Source: a virus
Taxonomy: Duplodnaviria > Caudoviricetes
IMG/VR virus record: IMGVR_UViG_3300030060_004988
Location: 1 to 37,938 of that record
Reading direction: 5' to 3' (one strand)
Length of the DNA: 37,938 nucleotides
Shown: piece by piece, positions 26,191-35,087 of the stretch
How the letters are laid out: each line of letters starts with the position of its first letter
Position numbering within the stretch: position 1 is the stretch's first letter
Notes under the pieces: generated by a model
Told to the model about the DNA's origin: nothing
Databases searched by the model: none
Seen by the model: only the letters and a program-made list of their open reading frames with translations
Program-made: the position numbers and the translations under genes

Positions 26191-27504
26191 CATTGACTCC
26201 TCTGAAAGTGTAATTCGATCAATTTTATTATGGGATTGTGCTGGTCGTGGTGTCAGTGTGATTGCTAATAGTTGAGCATCTCCCACCTTGTCACCACCAT
26301 CACGAGAAAAGATCTCGCCATGAATATATTCGGGAGATGACCAAAGGACACCGCCGGCATTCTTGACAACTTCAAGCCCACGCTCGTTATAAGCAGGCAC
26401 GGCATAAAGTCCATCAGTTTTCATTTCAAGATCAACAATCATTCCAAGCGCAGTTCCTGACTCGGGTGGTGCAGGTGATCCACTTTGAAAAGGTGAAGTA
26501 GCATGTTGCCAATCAATGATGACTGGATCATGTTGCTGTCTTTCTTTGAATACTCGAACTAGTTCAGAGATCAGAGTTTCATCGATCTCCTTACCTATGG
26601 CATCACCACTCATTCGAGATGATACTTGTCCAAGTGACAGAGTCTTGAAGGGTTTGCCAACTGTCAATCCTTCAGGTACTTCATAAGAGCTTGATTCAGA
26701 AAGTTGGATTGCTTCCCCATAAGCTCTCAATGTTGTCTTGTTGTCTGCTGCATTCATTTGTTTAACAACCTTTCGCGCAAAGGCAAAACCAGCATCACCG
26801 CCCCAACCATCCCAAGCTTGACGGCCTTTGCCATAGTCGTCCCAAGTGGAACCCTGCTTGTCAACTTCATGTCTTGTGAAGTATGCCAACATTCGACGGA
26901 CTGTATCGGGTGATAACTCACGACCGTTTGCAAGATCACGTGCACGAGCTAAACCAATGGGAGTCATCCCCCTTTGACTTGGTGGTTTCTCTGCTCTCTT
27001 CTTGAGTGCTCTTTCTGCATTCTCTTGGGCTTGCTTTGGTGGATCAAATGAGATGTGTGAATACTTCTTTGGAGCAAGTGAAATTGATTCGCTTTTCTTA
27101 TCAGCCTTCTTGTCACTCTTTTGAGGATGACCCTTGGGGAGCAAATCAAGATCAGTGTTATAAGCTTTTTTACGTTGACCAGTGCCAACCAACTTAAGGA
27201 AGGCTTTGACCCTTGCAAGTGCCCACTGTTCTCGACTGCTAACATTGGGACGATGAGAAGATGAGAAAGCTCCTGCTCCCCTTCTATAAACGGCTTTAAG
27301 CATCCCAAGGTCAACACGCTTGGATTGAGATTTGTATCTGTCATTGTGCTTATCACGCAAGTTGACAAGCGCCTTCTCTGTGGCTTGACTTATCTTAATT
27401 GAACCTCGAGATCCACTTGCTGACCCCTTGGGGTTTTTCTTGGATCCTTTGATTCTATCCTTTGGAGGAGCTGGAGTTTGTGCCTTAGTTCTTTTCTTTG
27501 CCAT
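25531..27504 (-). CDS. Mu gpI-like prohead protease/scaffold with two extra basic N-terminal domains
   Basis: VIIDWQH, GMIVDLE...GLYA, SPEY and LLAITLTPRPA protease motifs. Acidic coiled-coil C-terminus. Confidence 0.85.
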   Translation of the reverse strand: MAKKRTKAQTPAPPKDRIKGSKKNPKGSASGSRGSIKISQATEKALVNLRDKHNDRYKSQSKRVDLGMLKAVYRRGAGAFSSSHRPNVSSREQWALARVKAFLKLVGTGQRKKAYNTDLDLLPKGHPQKSDKKADKKSESISLAPKKYSHISFDPPKQAQENAERALKKRAEKPPSQRGMTPIGLARARDLANGRELSPDTVRRMLAYFTRHEVDKQGSTWDDYGKGRQAWDGWGGDAGFAFARKVVKQMNAADNKTTLRAYGEAIQLSESSSYEVPEGLTVGKPFKTLSLGQVSSRMSGDAIGKEIDETLISELVRVFKERQQHDPVIIDWQHATSPFQSGSPAPPESGTALGMIVDLEMKTDGLYAVPAYNERGLEVVKNAGGVLWSSPEYIHGEIFSRDGGDKVGDAQLLAITLTPRPAQSHNKIDRITLSEESMMDDQIKELKAALEAKDAMVKELEAKIKEMMDDKDSSLVEEETMAEEDDKKDLAEKDDDEKMMEKKDDDDKKEKMVEYEDKKQKLSESFSQDVSLLNEVVALRESVKKLEAENTKIKCEEAVSSLLREGKISPAEQDIASKAWNIKELQPEFWQMFSERQSNSSVPLNEVGHGASGQEISKKTLDQKVRALAEEKSINYSDALSLFREQQPDFYRQAFGG

Positions 27505-28906
27505 GTCGCCTCCTTGCTCTGATCAGTTGTTCAGCAAGTAAAGCACTTCCACCGGTTGCACTTGATGAGACTGATCTTTCAATCGCTGATCTTTGTGCAT
27601 CTTCTGGAAGGTCACCAGCTCCCAACCTTTCACGGATTGCACGCTCAAGTTCATCATCAGGAGTCAAGAGTCCAAACTGAACAAGAGGCCCGAGCATGCC
27701 GAGACTATTGGCCAAGTCATCAGTGTCAAGACCTGCATGGGTCAAGCGTGGTAACTTGGAAGGATCGACAGCCCCATAGTTGAAACGAATCAACCGGCCT
27801 ATGGTTCCCCCTCCTCGTCTTCCTGGTCCGCTGACTTGTCCAGCTATGACATCACAAAGATTGATAGCTGATCTTCTGAAGACAGAAAGGTGAACTTCAC
27901 CAACTGATCTTGATCCAGTGTCACTTATTCCGAGGTTTGCAAACTGAGCCAAGAAGGCTTGACTGATTTGATTGTCACACTCTTTGATGATGTCGAGTGG
28001 ACCTTGTGAATATAAATATGGGGTTGTTGAATATGAGTCGAACTTAACGGCTGCATTCTCGACGAGATATGATTGCTCAGTCGAGAGGAACGCTTGAGCC
28101 TGTGCCTCTGCATCGTCAATCATTGCATCAATGTCTCCATCAGTTAAACCTTGAAGCTCTGCCACTGATCGATCGACTGTCACCTTTGGAGTTGGGATTG
28201 CCCAACGATCCAAACCAACACACATCATATTGGATACTCTTTGCTTTGTCTTCCACCACCACCAAACAGGCCGGAGCATTCCGACACCTTCAAAGTTAGA
28301 ACCTGTACGATTCAAAGTAAGAAGGAGGATTTTATTGGATGGAATCGGCTGTGGATTCTTGCCAACACCAACGACGGTTTGAAGTACTCCATCGAGATGT
28401 TGACCGTCTCGGCTCAACCATTCATTGTGAGCTGATGGTTCTCGATCTGCATAATAGTCGAGGAAGACTTTTGTTCTTCCATTCTCATCGACACCAACTT
28501 TGTAAATCTCTTCAGCGTATCGATACCCAATGGTGACATACTCAAAAAGATATCCAAGTTGTTCTTCCCATGAGACAGACATCTGACCTGAGTGACCATC
28601 GAAACCGAAGGCTTCATTTGCATATCGAGCAAGCTCTTCAGATACAGGATCGTCCTCAATGCCTGGCTCAAATCTCCATGTTGCAGAGAGCAAGGTTTGT
28701 CTTAACATGTGCCAAGAACGACGGACGACAGGATCAGTCCTCAACATCTCCTCAGCTGCTCGAACCCATGAGAGTCCAGTGAGTGAAGTGTTTTGCTCAT
28801 ATCCCGATATGGTGCCACCGGATAATTGAGTCCCTGTAATACCCAATGTTTTGAAACGTGGATATCTCGCTCTTAAATGTTTTGGTGCATTGTCATCTTG
28901 ATGCAT
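27485..28906 (-). CDS. Portal protein (Mu gp29/DUF935-like)
   Basis: G.GMLRPVWWWW..K, GLDRWAIP, CDNQIS.AFLAQ and GSRSVGEVH motifs. Likely start ATG 28906. Confidence 0.9.
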   Translation of the reverse strand: MHQDDNAPKHLRARYPRFKTLGITGTQLSGGTISGYEQNTSLTGLSWVRAAEEMLRTDPVVRRSWHMLRQTLLSATWRFEPGIEDDPVSEELARYANEAFGFDGHSGQMSVSWEEQLGYLFEYVTIGYRYAEEIYKVGVDENGRTKVFLDYYADREPSAHNEWLSRDGQHLDGVLQTVVGVGKNPQPIPSNKILLLTLNRTGSNFEGVGMLRPVWWWWKTKQRVSNMMCVGLDRWAIPTPKVTVDRSVAELQGLTDGDIDAMIDDAEAQAQAFLSTEQSYLVENAAVKFDSYSTTPYLYSQGPLDIIKECDNQISQAFLAQFANLGISDTGSRSVGEVHLSVFRRSAINLCDVIAGQVSGPGRRGGGTIGRLIRFNYGAVDPSKLPRLTHAGLDTDDLANSLGMLGPLVQFGLLTPDDELERAIRERLGAGDLPEDAQRSAIERSVSSSATGGSALLAEQLIRARRRHGKEKN

Positions 28907-28938
28907 AATACCCTCGTGATTCAAATCACTTTGGGTAT

Positions 28939-28986
28939 ATTATCATTTTGATCATATCATTTGTCAAATGTTATCTTTTTGATCAT
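28939..28986 (-). promoter_or_regulatory. Sigma70-like promoter upstream of portal, with flanking direct repeats
   Basis: TTGACA (28967-28962), 17-bp spacer, GATAAT (28944-28939). Repeats TTATCWTTTTGATCAT at 28940-28955 and 28971-28986. Confidence 0.7.
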
Positions 28987-29125
28987 CTTCATGAAGTAGC
29001 GCTTGGATAATTTCAACAAAGAGTTTTACTGACTCTTTGAACTCTTCATTTGAAAAGATCTCTGCCGGTTGTGTGATCATCTCCCTTGTCAAATCGAGAA
29101 CTACTTTTTTGTCAAGATCATTCAT
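28964..29125 (-). CDS. 53-aa hypothetical protein absent from the ORF track
   Basis: AAGGAG RBS. MNDLDKKVVLDLTREMITQPAEIFSNEEFKESVKLFVEIIQALLHEDDQKDNI fills the intergenic gap. Confidence 0.75.
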   Translation of the reverse strand: MNDLDKKVVLDLTREMITQPAEIFSNEEFKESVKLFVEIIQALLHEDDQKDNI

Positions 29126-29139
29126 TACTTTGCTCTCCT

Positions 29140-29328
29140 TCATAGCTTCCTAATACTGCAATGGATTGCCTGTATAAACTTTAAAACATTTCCATGTTTA
29201 TCATAAATACATGTAATGCCTCCAATTAATTTCATATATTCACGCTCATCAAAGTAAGTATTAACTTGCTCTTCAAGCTCTTCAATACTTGAAGCTCTTA
29301 ATACTTTATAAATCTGATATCTTATCAT
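29140..29328 (-). CDS. Small DUF1737-like protein
   Basis: YKVL.ASS..ELEEQVN...LIGGI...FIQAI pattern. TAATG coupling to terL. Confidence 0.65.
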   Translation of the reverse strand: MIRYQIYKVLRASSIEELEEQVNTYFDEREYMKLIGGITCIYDKHGNVLKFIQAIHCSIRKL

Positions 29329-30689
29329 TAGAAGTTAACCTTTCTTGATGAGCCAACTCGAACCTTTCGGTTCGGTTTGCTCTTTGGTTGATAGTTGCGA
29401 GCAGACTCAGTCCAATGATGAAAGATACAATCATATCTCAAAGCATCAAGTGGATCTTCCCTGCCGTCTTTCTTTGGTTGCTCTTTCTTATCCCATGCAT
29501 ATGAGAGGAGCGCTTTTCTGATTGAGTTACCGCTTGCCCTTTCCCCCTTCTCCCATACCTCTCGAGTGATCAGATACTTGCCCGAGTTGAAAGCTCTCTT
29601 CAATCTTTGGACACCATTGAGAACATCGGTTCGAACTGGATCAGTCGTTGACCTCATTGGCAAACCGATTCCACCTTCATCGGGATCCTTTCGAATTACT
29701 CTGAATGCTGAGAGTCCAGTGTGATCGCTTCTTGCTTTTCCTGCTTTATCAGCAACACCAGTATCAAGCCAAATTCTTTCTGATGGTGCTGATGATATCA
29801 ATGAACGAGGATATGCCACAGCAAGGATCATCAAGCTGAGTTGTTCAATAGTGACTTCCTTGGGGTTGAATTCGTGAACAATGATTGAGGCTTCTCTTTG
29901 CTCATCGTATACAATGATTAAGACTGATGGTTTTCTAAATCCCCAGTCAATCGCAATCCGGCCGGTCATGGATGGATGATAAACAAAGTCATCGATCACA
30001 TGCTTCTCATGATTGAATTCTGAATACACAAGACCACTCGGTGGTTTTGGTTTATTCATGACCATGGCTTCACGTTCATCAGGTGGAAGGAGCTTCGTTG
30101 CCTCAAACCACTCTTGACTCAAGTTCTCCTCGTTAACATATGAGGAGAAGAACAAGGGTTGACATTCAGCCTGCTCAGCTAACTTCACCCACCACGCATC
30201 AATGACAGGAAGACCAACGAGGATCATGATTGGAGATGGTCCACTTCTCAAACGACCGAGAGCTTTGTGTGCTACCTCAGAAGTCAGAGTCTGACATTCA
30301 TCAATCATGCATACTCCACTGGTGACATTCAAACCTTCAAGTGGATTGTGAGTTGCTTCTCTTGTGCCAGGTCGATAATAGGAGCGACACCAAACGGTTG
30401 AGCCGTTCTCGGTATCAGTCCATAGTTTATTTGTGTGATTGTAAATCCATCCAAGAGGAACCAACCACTTCTCAATCTCGGGCATCAATACCGAGTTATA
30501 GCGTGGAGTTGTATCTGTGACCATGAGTGATGAAGTGCCAGGTCGTAACTTTGAAACCAGCAACATTGAAAAGACTAAGGCTGAAGTCTTACCACTTCCC
30601 CATCCACATCGAGCAGCCACAACACGGTCTTGTTTTCCTATGGCCTTAAGGATTTGAGTCTGCAATGGATTGGGGTTAATGTTAATCAT
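29328..30689 (-). CDS. terL: Terminase large subunit
   Basis: Walker A CGWGSGKT, Walker B MIDECQ, nuclease motifs IDWGF and DPLDALRY. Confidence 0.95.
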   Translation of the reverse strand: MININPNPLQTQILKAIGKQDRVVAARCGWGSGKTSALVFSMLLVSKLRPGTSSLMVTDTTPRYNSVLMPEIEKWLVPLGWIYNHTNKLWTDTENGSTVWCRSYYRPGTREATHNPLEGLNVTSGVCMIDECQTLTSEVAHKALGRLRSGPSPIMILVGLPVIDAWWVKLAEQAECQPLFFSSYVNEENLSQEWFEATKLLPPDEREAMVMNKPKPPSGLVYSEFNHEKHVIDDFVYHPSMTGRIAIDWGFRKPSVLIIVYDEQREASIIVHEFNPKEVTIEQLSLMILAVAYPRSLISSAPSERIWLDTGVADKAGKARSDHTGLSAFRVIRKDPDEGGIGLPMRSTTDPVRTDVLNGVQRLKRAFNSGKYLITREVWEKGERASGNSIRKALLSYAWDKKEQPKKDGREDPLDALRYDCIFHHWTESARNYQPKSKPNRKVRVGSSRKVNF

Positions 30690-32629
30690 TTCTTTAGTTT
30701 TAATCCTTTTGAAGTCAATGCTTGTTGCACTTTGGTGTAAAGATTATATCCAAGTATTTGTCCCATGAGTTCATCATTCGTGATTTGATTATCAACTTTT
30801 AACTGTGGATAGTGTTTTGCAAATGCCATCTTATGAGCATGAGCCACTTTAATATCAAGCTCAACAACATGTTGAATCTCATGCATAATAGTCTCCTTGC
30901 GCTTATCTCCTCCCTTATACAAGCTGACAAAGTATTGTTGCATTTGCTTGAAGATGTCATGATTGGGATTGCAAAAGATTGTTGTTCCAAGTCTTGTGAC
31001 AAGTGATGTCATTGGATATGAGAAACCATTATAACCGATATAGCGACAATCTTCTTCATTAGTGGAAGGTTCCCAAAGGACACCTGCAAGAAGTTCTTTT
31101 TTCTTTTTGTTTTGAAGACTCTCTTTATTTAACTTATCGAGCTTCTCCTTCATCTTCTTGCTTAACTCTGGTTTATCTTTTTTGTCTTTGGATTTCGCTT
31201 TGGTCTTATCTCCATTAAGACTTAAATCAAGCTGATCCTCTCCTTCTTTGTCTGCTGCCATTTGCTCTTCAAGTTCTCGAGTTACTCTCAACTTAAACAA
31301 GAACTTATACTTTTTGAATATCGTTTCATCTGAATGTTTAAAGTTCATCTTCTTTTTTAAAGCATTGTCGATTGCATCAGATACTTCTTGAGGCATATTA
31401 TCAACATAATGTTCTCTGATCTCCTTCAAGTCTAAGACCTTTGTTTCTTGGTCTTTGCTTCCATCCTCAATCATGAGAGTGTCACGTCCTTCATTGGGGA
31501 ACACTCCATAATTTTTTTTAGGATCGTACTCAGGAGGAATAACAATAATCTTCACTTGACTCATGACTTCATCAGCAATGATCCCCCATTGTCTTGATGC
31601 TCGTTTCCCTGTTTCAAGATTGTATAATTCATTCTTATATTTTACTGCAATGAATCCATTGTTGTATGATGAAGGGTCAAAAAAAGAAGCTAACTTGTTA
31701 TAATTTTTTAAATTGTTTTTTTGCCTATGCATTGCATTTTTATTAAATAATGTAATGACTTTAAATCCATTTATTATACTTTCATCAATTTTTTTAAATC
31801 CTAATGCATAAGTATGATACTCGAAGCCATATAGTTGATAATTACCATTACTCTTTTTTGAAAGACTTCCTACACTCACACCATTCAACATATTAAATCT
31901 TTTATTAAGATAATAACTATAAGACATTTCCTTAAATGATTTGCCACTTGCATCACGACACCAAGTATTATCCGTTGAATGCATTCCACAAAAATAAACA
32001 ATAGTTCCATGCTTTTTGATTGTTTTGTGCTTGTTTTTATGATTATCAGCATTCCACCACTTAACCCCTTCAAATCCTCCTTCATCTTCATAGGTTGCCT
32101 CAAGCTCGCTCAAAGACACAACTTGCTTATATGTCAGTTCATACTCTCCATCATCTTGTTTTTCATATACTGGAATATGTCTGACACCAAATTGTTTTGC
32201 CTTCTTGTTGTAACACAACCAAATCATGTTGCCTTCATCTGACTCTCTTGTCCATGAGATGAACACAAGACCATAGTGATTGAAGTTGGCTGCAGTTGCT
32301 TTGATACCTATTCCAAAGTTGTCATGATGACCACCGCTGATCTTGGATGATGAATTATATTTATTAATATATTTCAACAACTGATCTGCGTTCATTCCGA
32401 CACCATTATCAAGAACGGACAATCTTTTGATTCCACCTGGCAACTCAGCATGCTCATGCAATGCCATTGGGCAAGGTTCAATCTTGATCTTTGTTGCACC
32501 TGCTTCGATTGAGTTCTGAACTGCTTCCCTCAAGAATTGCATGGGTGCGACTTGTCGCCCAAATCGAATCATTGTTGATGATGGTGAATCATCTTTTATC
32601 GGTGTGAATTGACTTCTCTTCATATTCAT
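30686..32629 (-). CDS. GHKL (MORC/HATPase_c_3-like) ATPase
   Basis: N-box LREAVQNSIEA, G1 DNGVGM, G2 NFGIGIK and later HGT. Lys-rich linker and C-terminal NPNH motif. Confidence 0.88.
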   Translation of the reverse strand: MNMKRSQFTPIKDDSPSSTMIRFGRQVAPMQFLREAVQNSIEAGATKIKIEPCPMALHEHAELPGGIKRLSVLDNGVGMNADQLLKYINKYNSSSKISGGHHDNFGIGIKATAANFNHYGLVFISWTRESDEGNMIWLCYNKKAKQFGVRHIPVYEKQDDGEYELTYKQVVSLSELEATYEDEGGFEGVKWWNADNHKNKHKTIKKHGTIVYFCGMHSTDNTWCRDASGKSFKEMSYSYYLNKRFNMLNGVSVGSLSKKSNGNYQLYGFEYHTYALGFKKIDESIINGFKVITLFNKNAMHRQKNNLKNYNKLASFFDPSSYNNGFIAVKYKNELYNLETGKRASRQWGIIADEVMSQVKIIVIPPEYDPKKNYGVFPNEGRDTLMIEDGSKDQETKVLDLKEIREHYVDNMPQEVSDAIDNALKKKMNFKHSDETIFKKYKFLFKLRVTRELEEQMAADKEGEDQLDLSLNGDKTKAKSKDKKDKPELSKKMKEKLDKLNKESLQNKKKKELLAGVLWEPSTNEEDCRYIGYNGFSYPMTSLVTRLGTTIFCNPNHDIFKQMQQYFVSLYKGGDKRKETIMHEIQHVVELDIKVAHAHKMAFAKHYPQLKVDNQITNDELMGQILGYNLYTKVQQALTSKGLKLKK

Positions 32630-32674
32630 ATTATCTTCCTTGTTGACACATTAGACTTGAGCACTGGTGATTCT

Positions 32675-33142
32675 TTACGACTCGGAATCATCAGTGCTTT
32701 CTTGTTTTAAAATATTTGCTAGCATTCCATGAACCACATCAGTCCCTGTCTGCTTTGTTACATTGACCTCAAGTTCTCTCTTGACTCCCCATCGTTGTGG
32801 ATAACGTCTTTCGAGGATCCAAGCGGCCGCTCTCCAATCTCCAAACTCTCTGATGGTATCGAGCAAGGTTGCCTCCACATCAGACTCGGTTGCATTGACA
32901 AACTCTCTGAATTCTGGAATCTCTTCTTTCCATCGATAGTATGTCCTCCTGTCAACATTGGCAGCTTGACAAGATGCTTCGATGGTGCATCCTTTTCTCA
33001 AGTAGGTGCATATGATCATTGCGACATCTTCAGAGTATTTGTATCTGTTCTCATGCGCACGCGGGGACACTGTGACTTTTGAGACATTTTCATGACTCAT
33101 AGCTTCACGCCTTCCGAATTCAGTTAAGTCTTTTGGATTCAT
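32675..33142 (-). CDS. terS: Terminase small subunit
   Basis: HTH GCTIEASCQAANVDRRTYYRW and DWRAAAWILERRYP. Start 33142 via ATGA overlap (alternative 33160). Confidence 0.8.
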   Translation of the reverse strand: MNPKDLTEFGRREAMSHENVSKVTVSPRAHENRYKYSEDVAMIICTYLRKGCTIEASCQAANVDRRTYYRWKEEIPEFREFVNATESDVEATLLDTIREFGDWRAAAWILERRYPQRWGVKRELEVNVTKQTGTDVVHGMLANILKQESTDDSES

Positions 33143-33657
33143 TTTGGATTGTTTCTCCATGGTTGATTGACAAAGGAATTCACTTCACTTGGGTTTGTTT
33201 CCCACTTGTAATCACTTTGCACTGGATCCTCTGTCTTGTCCCAAGTCCAAGGATCCAAGGCTTCAACTCTGTTTGATTCTGCTTTTACCTCTTGAAGAGA
33301 TGGAGCTGGCTTATATTCAGTTGAATGCTTTGGTTGTTGATTGCGCTCAGGACGAGTATGAAATTCTACACCACGCATCAATACGGACCAGTCAACACGA
33401 TTCTCACCATTATGTTGATAAGACCTTGCTTCCATCTCCCCATGAACTGAGAGCTTACATCCTTTGACAAGTGATCGAGCACATCTTTCAGCGATTTCAC
33501 CAAAGGCCACAACCTTAAACCAAGTTGTGTTGTCCTGATTGTTGTATCTCTTTGTTACTGCAACGCTAAGACGAACCATCGTTTTACCTGCTTGAGTTGT
33601 CTTGACTTCTGGATCTCTCCCAAGATTTCCACAAATATGGATATGATTGTATCCCAT
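33139..33657 (-). CDS. ssb: Single-stranded DNA-binding protein
   Basis: GNLGRDPEVK, TTWFKVVAFG..AE and LVKG...V.G OB-fold motifs. Confidence 0.95.
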   Translation of the reverse strand: MGYNHIHICGNLGRDPEVKTTQAGKTMVRLSVAVTKRYNNQDNTTWFKVVAFGEIAERCARSLVKGCKLSVHGEMEARSYQHNGENRVDWSVLMRGVEFHTRPERNQQPKHSTEYKPAPSLQEVKAESNRVEALDPWTWDKTEDPVQSDYKWETNPSEVNSFVNQPWRNNPK

Positions 33658-33914
33658 TATTGATCCTCAATTCTATTTTTTAAATAATCTCGTTGATAAG
33701 ACAATTCTTTTTGTTGCTCTTTAAGTAGGTAAATCCTGTTTTCAATAAGCTTGATTTTTTGATTGACAGGAATCTCATTGCCTTGATGAAGCTTGATACC
33801 CATCTCAATCAGAGTTCTTGCAGACTCACTGATTGAGATGTACTCTTCTCTTGCAATTAGTCTAATATACTCAGCATGAACATTGTCAATGCTGATTGAT
33901 AATTGTGTTTTCAT
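33657..33914 (-). CDS. Putative ribbon-helix-helix regulator with coiled coil
   Basis: QLSISID strand followed by IRLIAREEYISISESARTLI. AGGAGG RBS. Confidence 0.65.
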   Translation of the reverse strand: MKTQLSISIDNVHAEYIRLIAREEYISISESARTLIEMGIKLHQGNEIPVNQKIKLIENRIYLLKEQQKELSYQRDYLKNRIEDQ

Positions 33915-33932
33915 GTTTTCCTCCTTTGTGCT

Positions 33933-33966
33933 ATTGTGTCAAAACAAATTAATTAAGTCAATGACT
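33933..33966 (-). promoter_or_regulatory. Promoter and operator for the RHH-ssb-terS operon
   Basis: TTGACT, 17-bp spacer ending TGA, then CACAAT on the minus strand. Inverted repeat AGTCA-A-TGACT (33956-33966) overlaps the -35. Confidence 0.55.
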
Positions 33967-33978
33967 AAGTGAGTTATT

Positions 33979-34641
33979 ATGAAAACAAAAAAAGAAAGTC
34001 TCGGATTTGTCACATTGGTTGACAGTATGGGAGACAGTGTCTCAATTGTAAATGCTGCTCGTGTGAGCTTTGGTAAACGCCGTGAAGGTCAACTGACAGA
34101 GGATGACAGGAGATTGATTCGATATCTTTGGAATCATCAGCACACCTCACCATTCAGACATATTACATTCACCTTTCACATTAAAGCGCCGATCTTTGTT
34201 TTGCGCCAATGGCAAAAGCACCAAGTTGGATCAACCTTTAATGAAATCTCTGGGCGGTATGTTAAATTCGATTATGAGATTTATGAGCCGGATGAGTGGA
34301 GAGCATCAATCAAGAATGTAAAGCAAGGATCAGGAGGACCATTGAAAGATCAGAAAGACCCAATGGACTTGTATCGGTGGAGCATCCAACATCAGTATTC
34401 AGTTTACAATCAATTGATTGATATGGGGGTTTGTCGTGAACAGGCTCGGTTTGTTCTTCCCTTGTCGACCTTCTCAGAATGTTATTGGACTTGCAGCCTT
34501 CAAGCACTCATCCACTTTTTGAAGTTAAGACTTGCAAAGAATGCACAGGCTGAAATCACTTTTTATGCTGAAGCAATTAAGTCGATTCTTGAAAGAGATG
34601 AGGATATGAAATTTATATTGGATGTGTGTATCAAATCATGA
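33979..34641 (+). CDS. thyX: Flavin-dependent thymidylate synthase
   Basis: IVNAARVSF, HTSPFRH, APIFVLRQW.KH...FNEISGRY, REQAR.VLP and AQ.EI motifs. Confidence 0.95.
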   Translation: MKTKKESLGFVTLVDSMGDSVSIVNAARVSFGKRREGQLTEDDRRLIRYLWNHQHTSPFRHITFTFHIKAPIFVLRQWQKHQVGSTFNEISGRYVKFDYEIYEPDEWRASIKNVKQGSGGPLKDQKDPMDLYRWSIQHQYSVYNQLIDMGVCREQARFVLPLSTFSECYWTCSLQALIHFLKLRLAKNAQAEITFYAEAIKSILERDEDMKFILDVCIKS

Positions 34642-35087
34642 AGTGGAAGACTCACTGGATGAAGCATGCTCAATTAATTGCATCGATGTCACCTTGTCCA
34701 CGTGCTCAAGTTGGAGCATTCATCATTGACGAAAACAACAATCCAATCAGCGCCGGCTTTAATGGTCCTCCTCGAAAGTCATCATCAAGTCTTTGTGGTG
34801 ATGATCATGAATGTGCTCGAGATATTATGAAGATTGAATCAGGTACAAGGACCGAAGTTGGATGTCATCATGCTGAAGCCAATGCAATTGCAAATGCTGC
34901 TCGGAAAGGTGTTGGGCTTGAAGGAACAACTATTATCATCAGTATTCCTCCCTGTGTTGCATGCGCTAAATTGATTCATCATGCTGGCATTAAATCAGTT
35001 GCTATTTCATCGAGTGGATATTCTTTGGATGGTGTGCACTATCTTGAGTCAAATAATATTAAAGTGTTTTCATTGTCCCCAAACTGA
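34638..35087 (+). CDS. dCMP deaminase
   Basis: SPCPRAQVGA, GFNGPP, HAEANA and PCVAC zinc motifs. ATGA overlap with thyX. Confidence 0.93.
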   Translation: MKWKTHWMKHAQLIASMSPCPRAQVGAFIIDENNNPISAGFNGPPRKSSSSLCGDDHECARDIMKIESGTRTEVGCHHAEANAIANAARKGVGLEGTTIIISIPPCVACAKLIHHAGIKSVAISSSGYSLDGVHYLESNNIKVFSLSPN

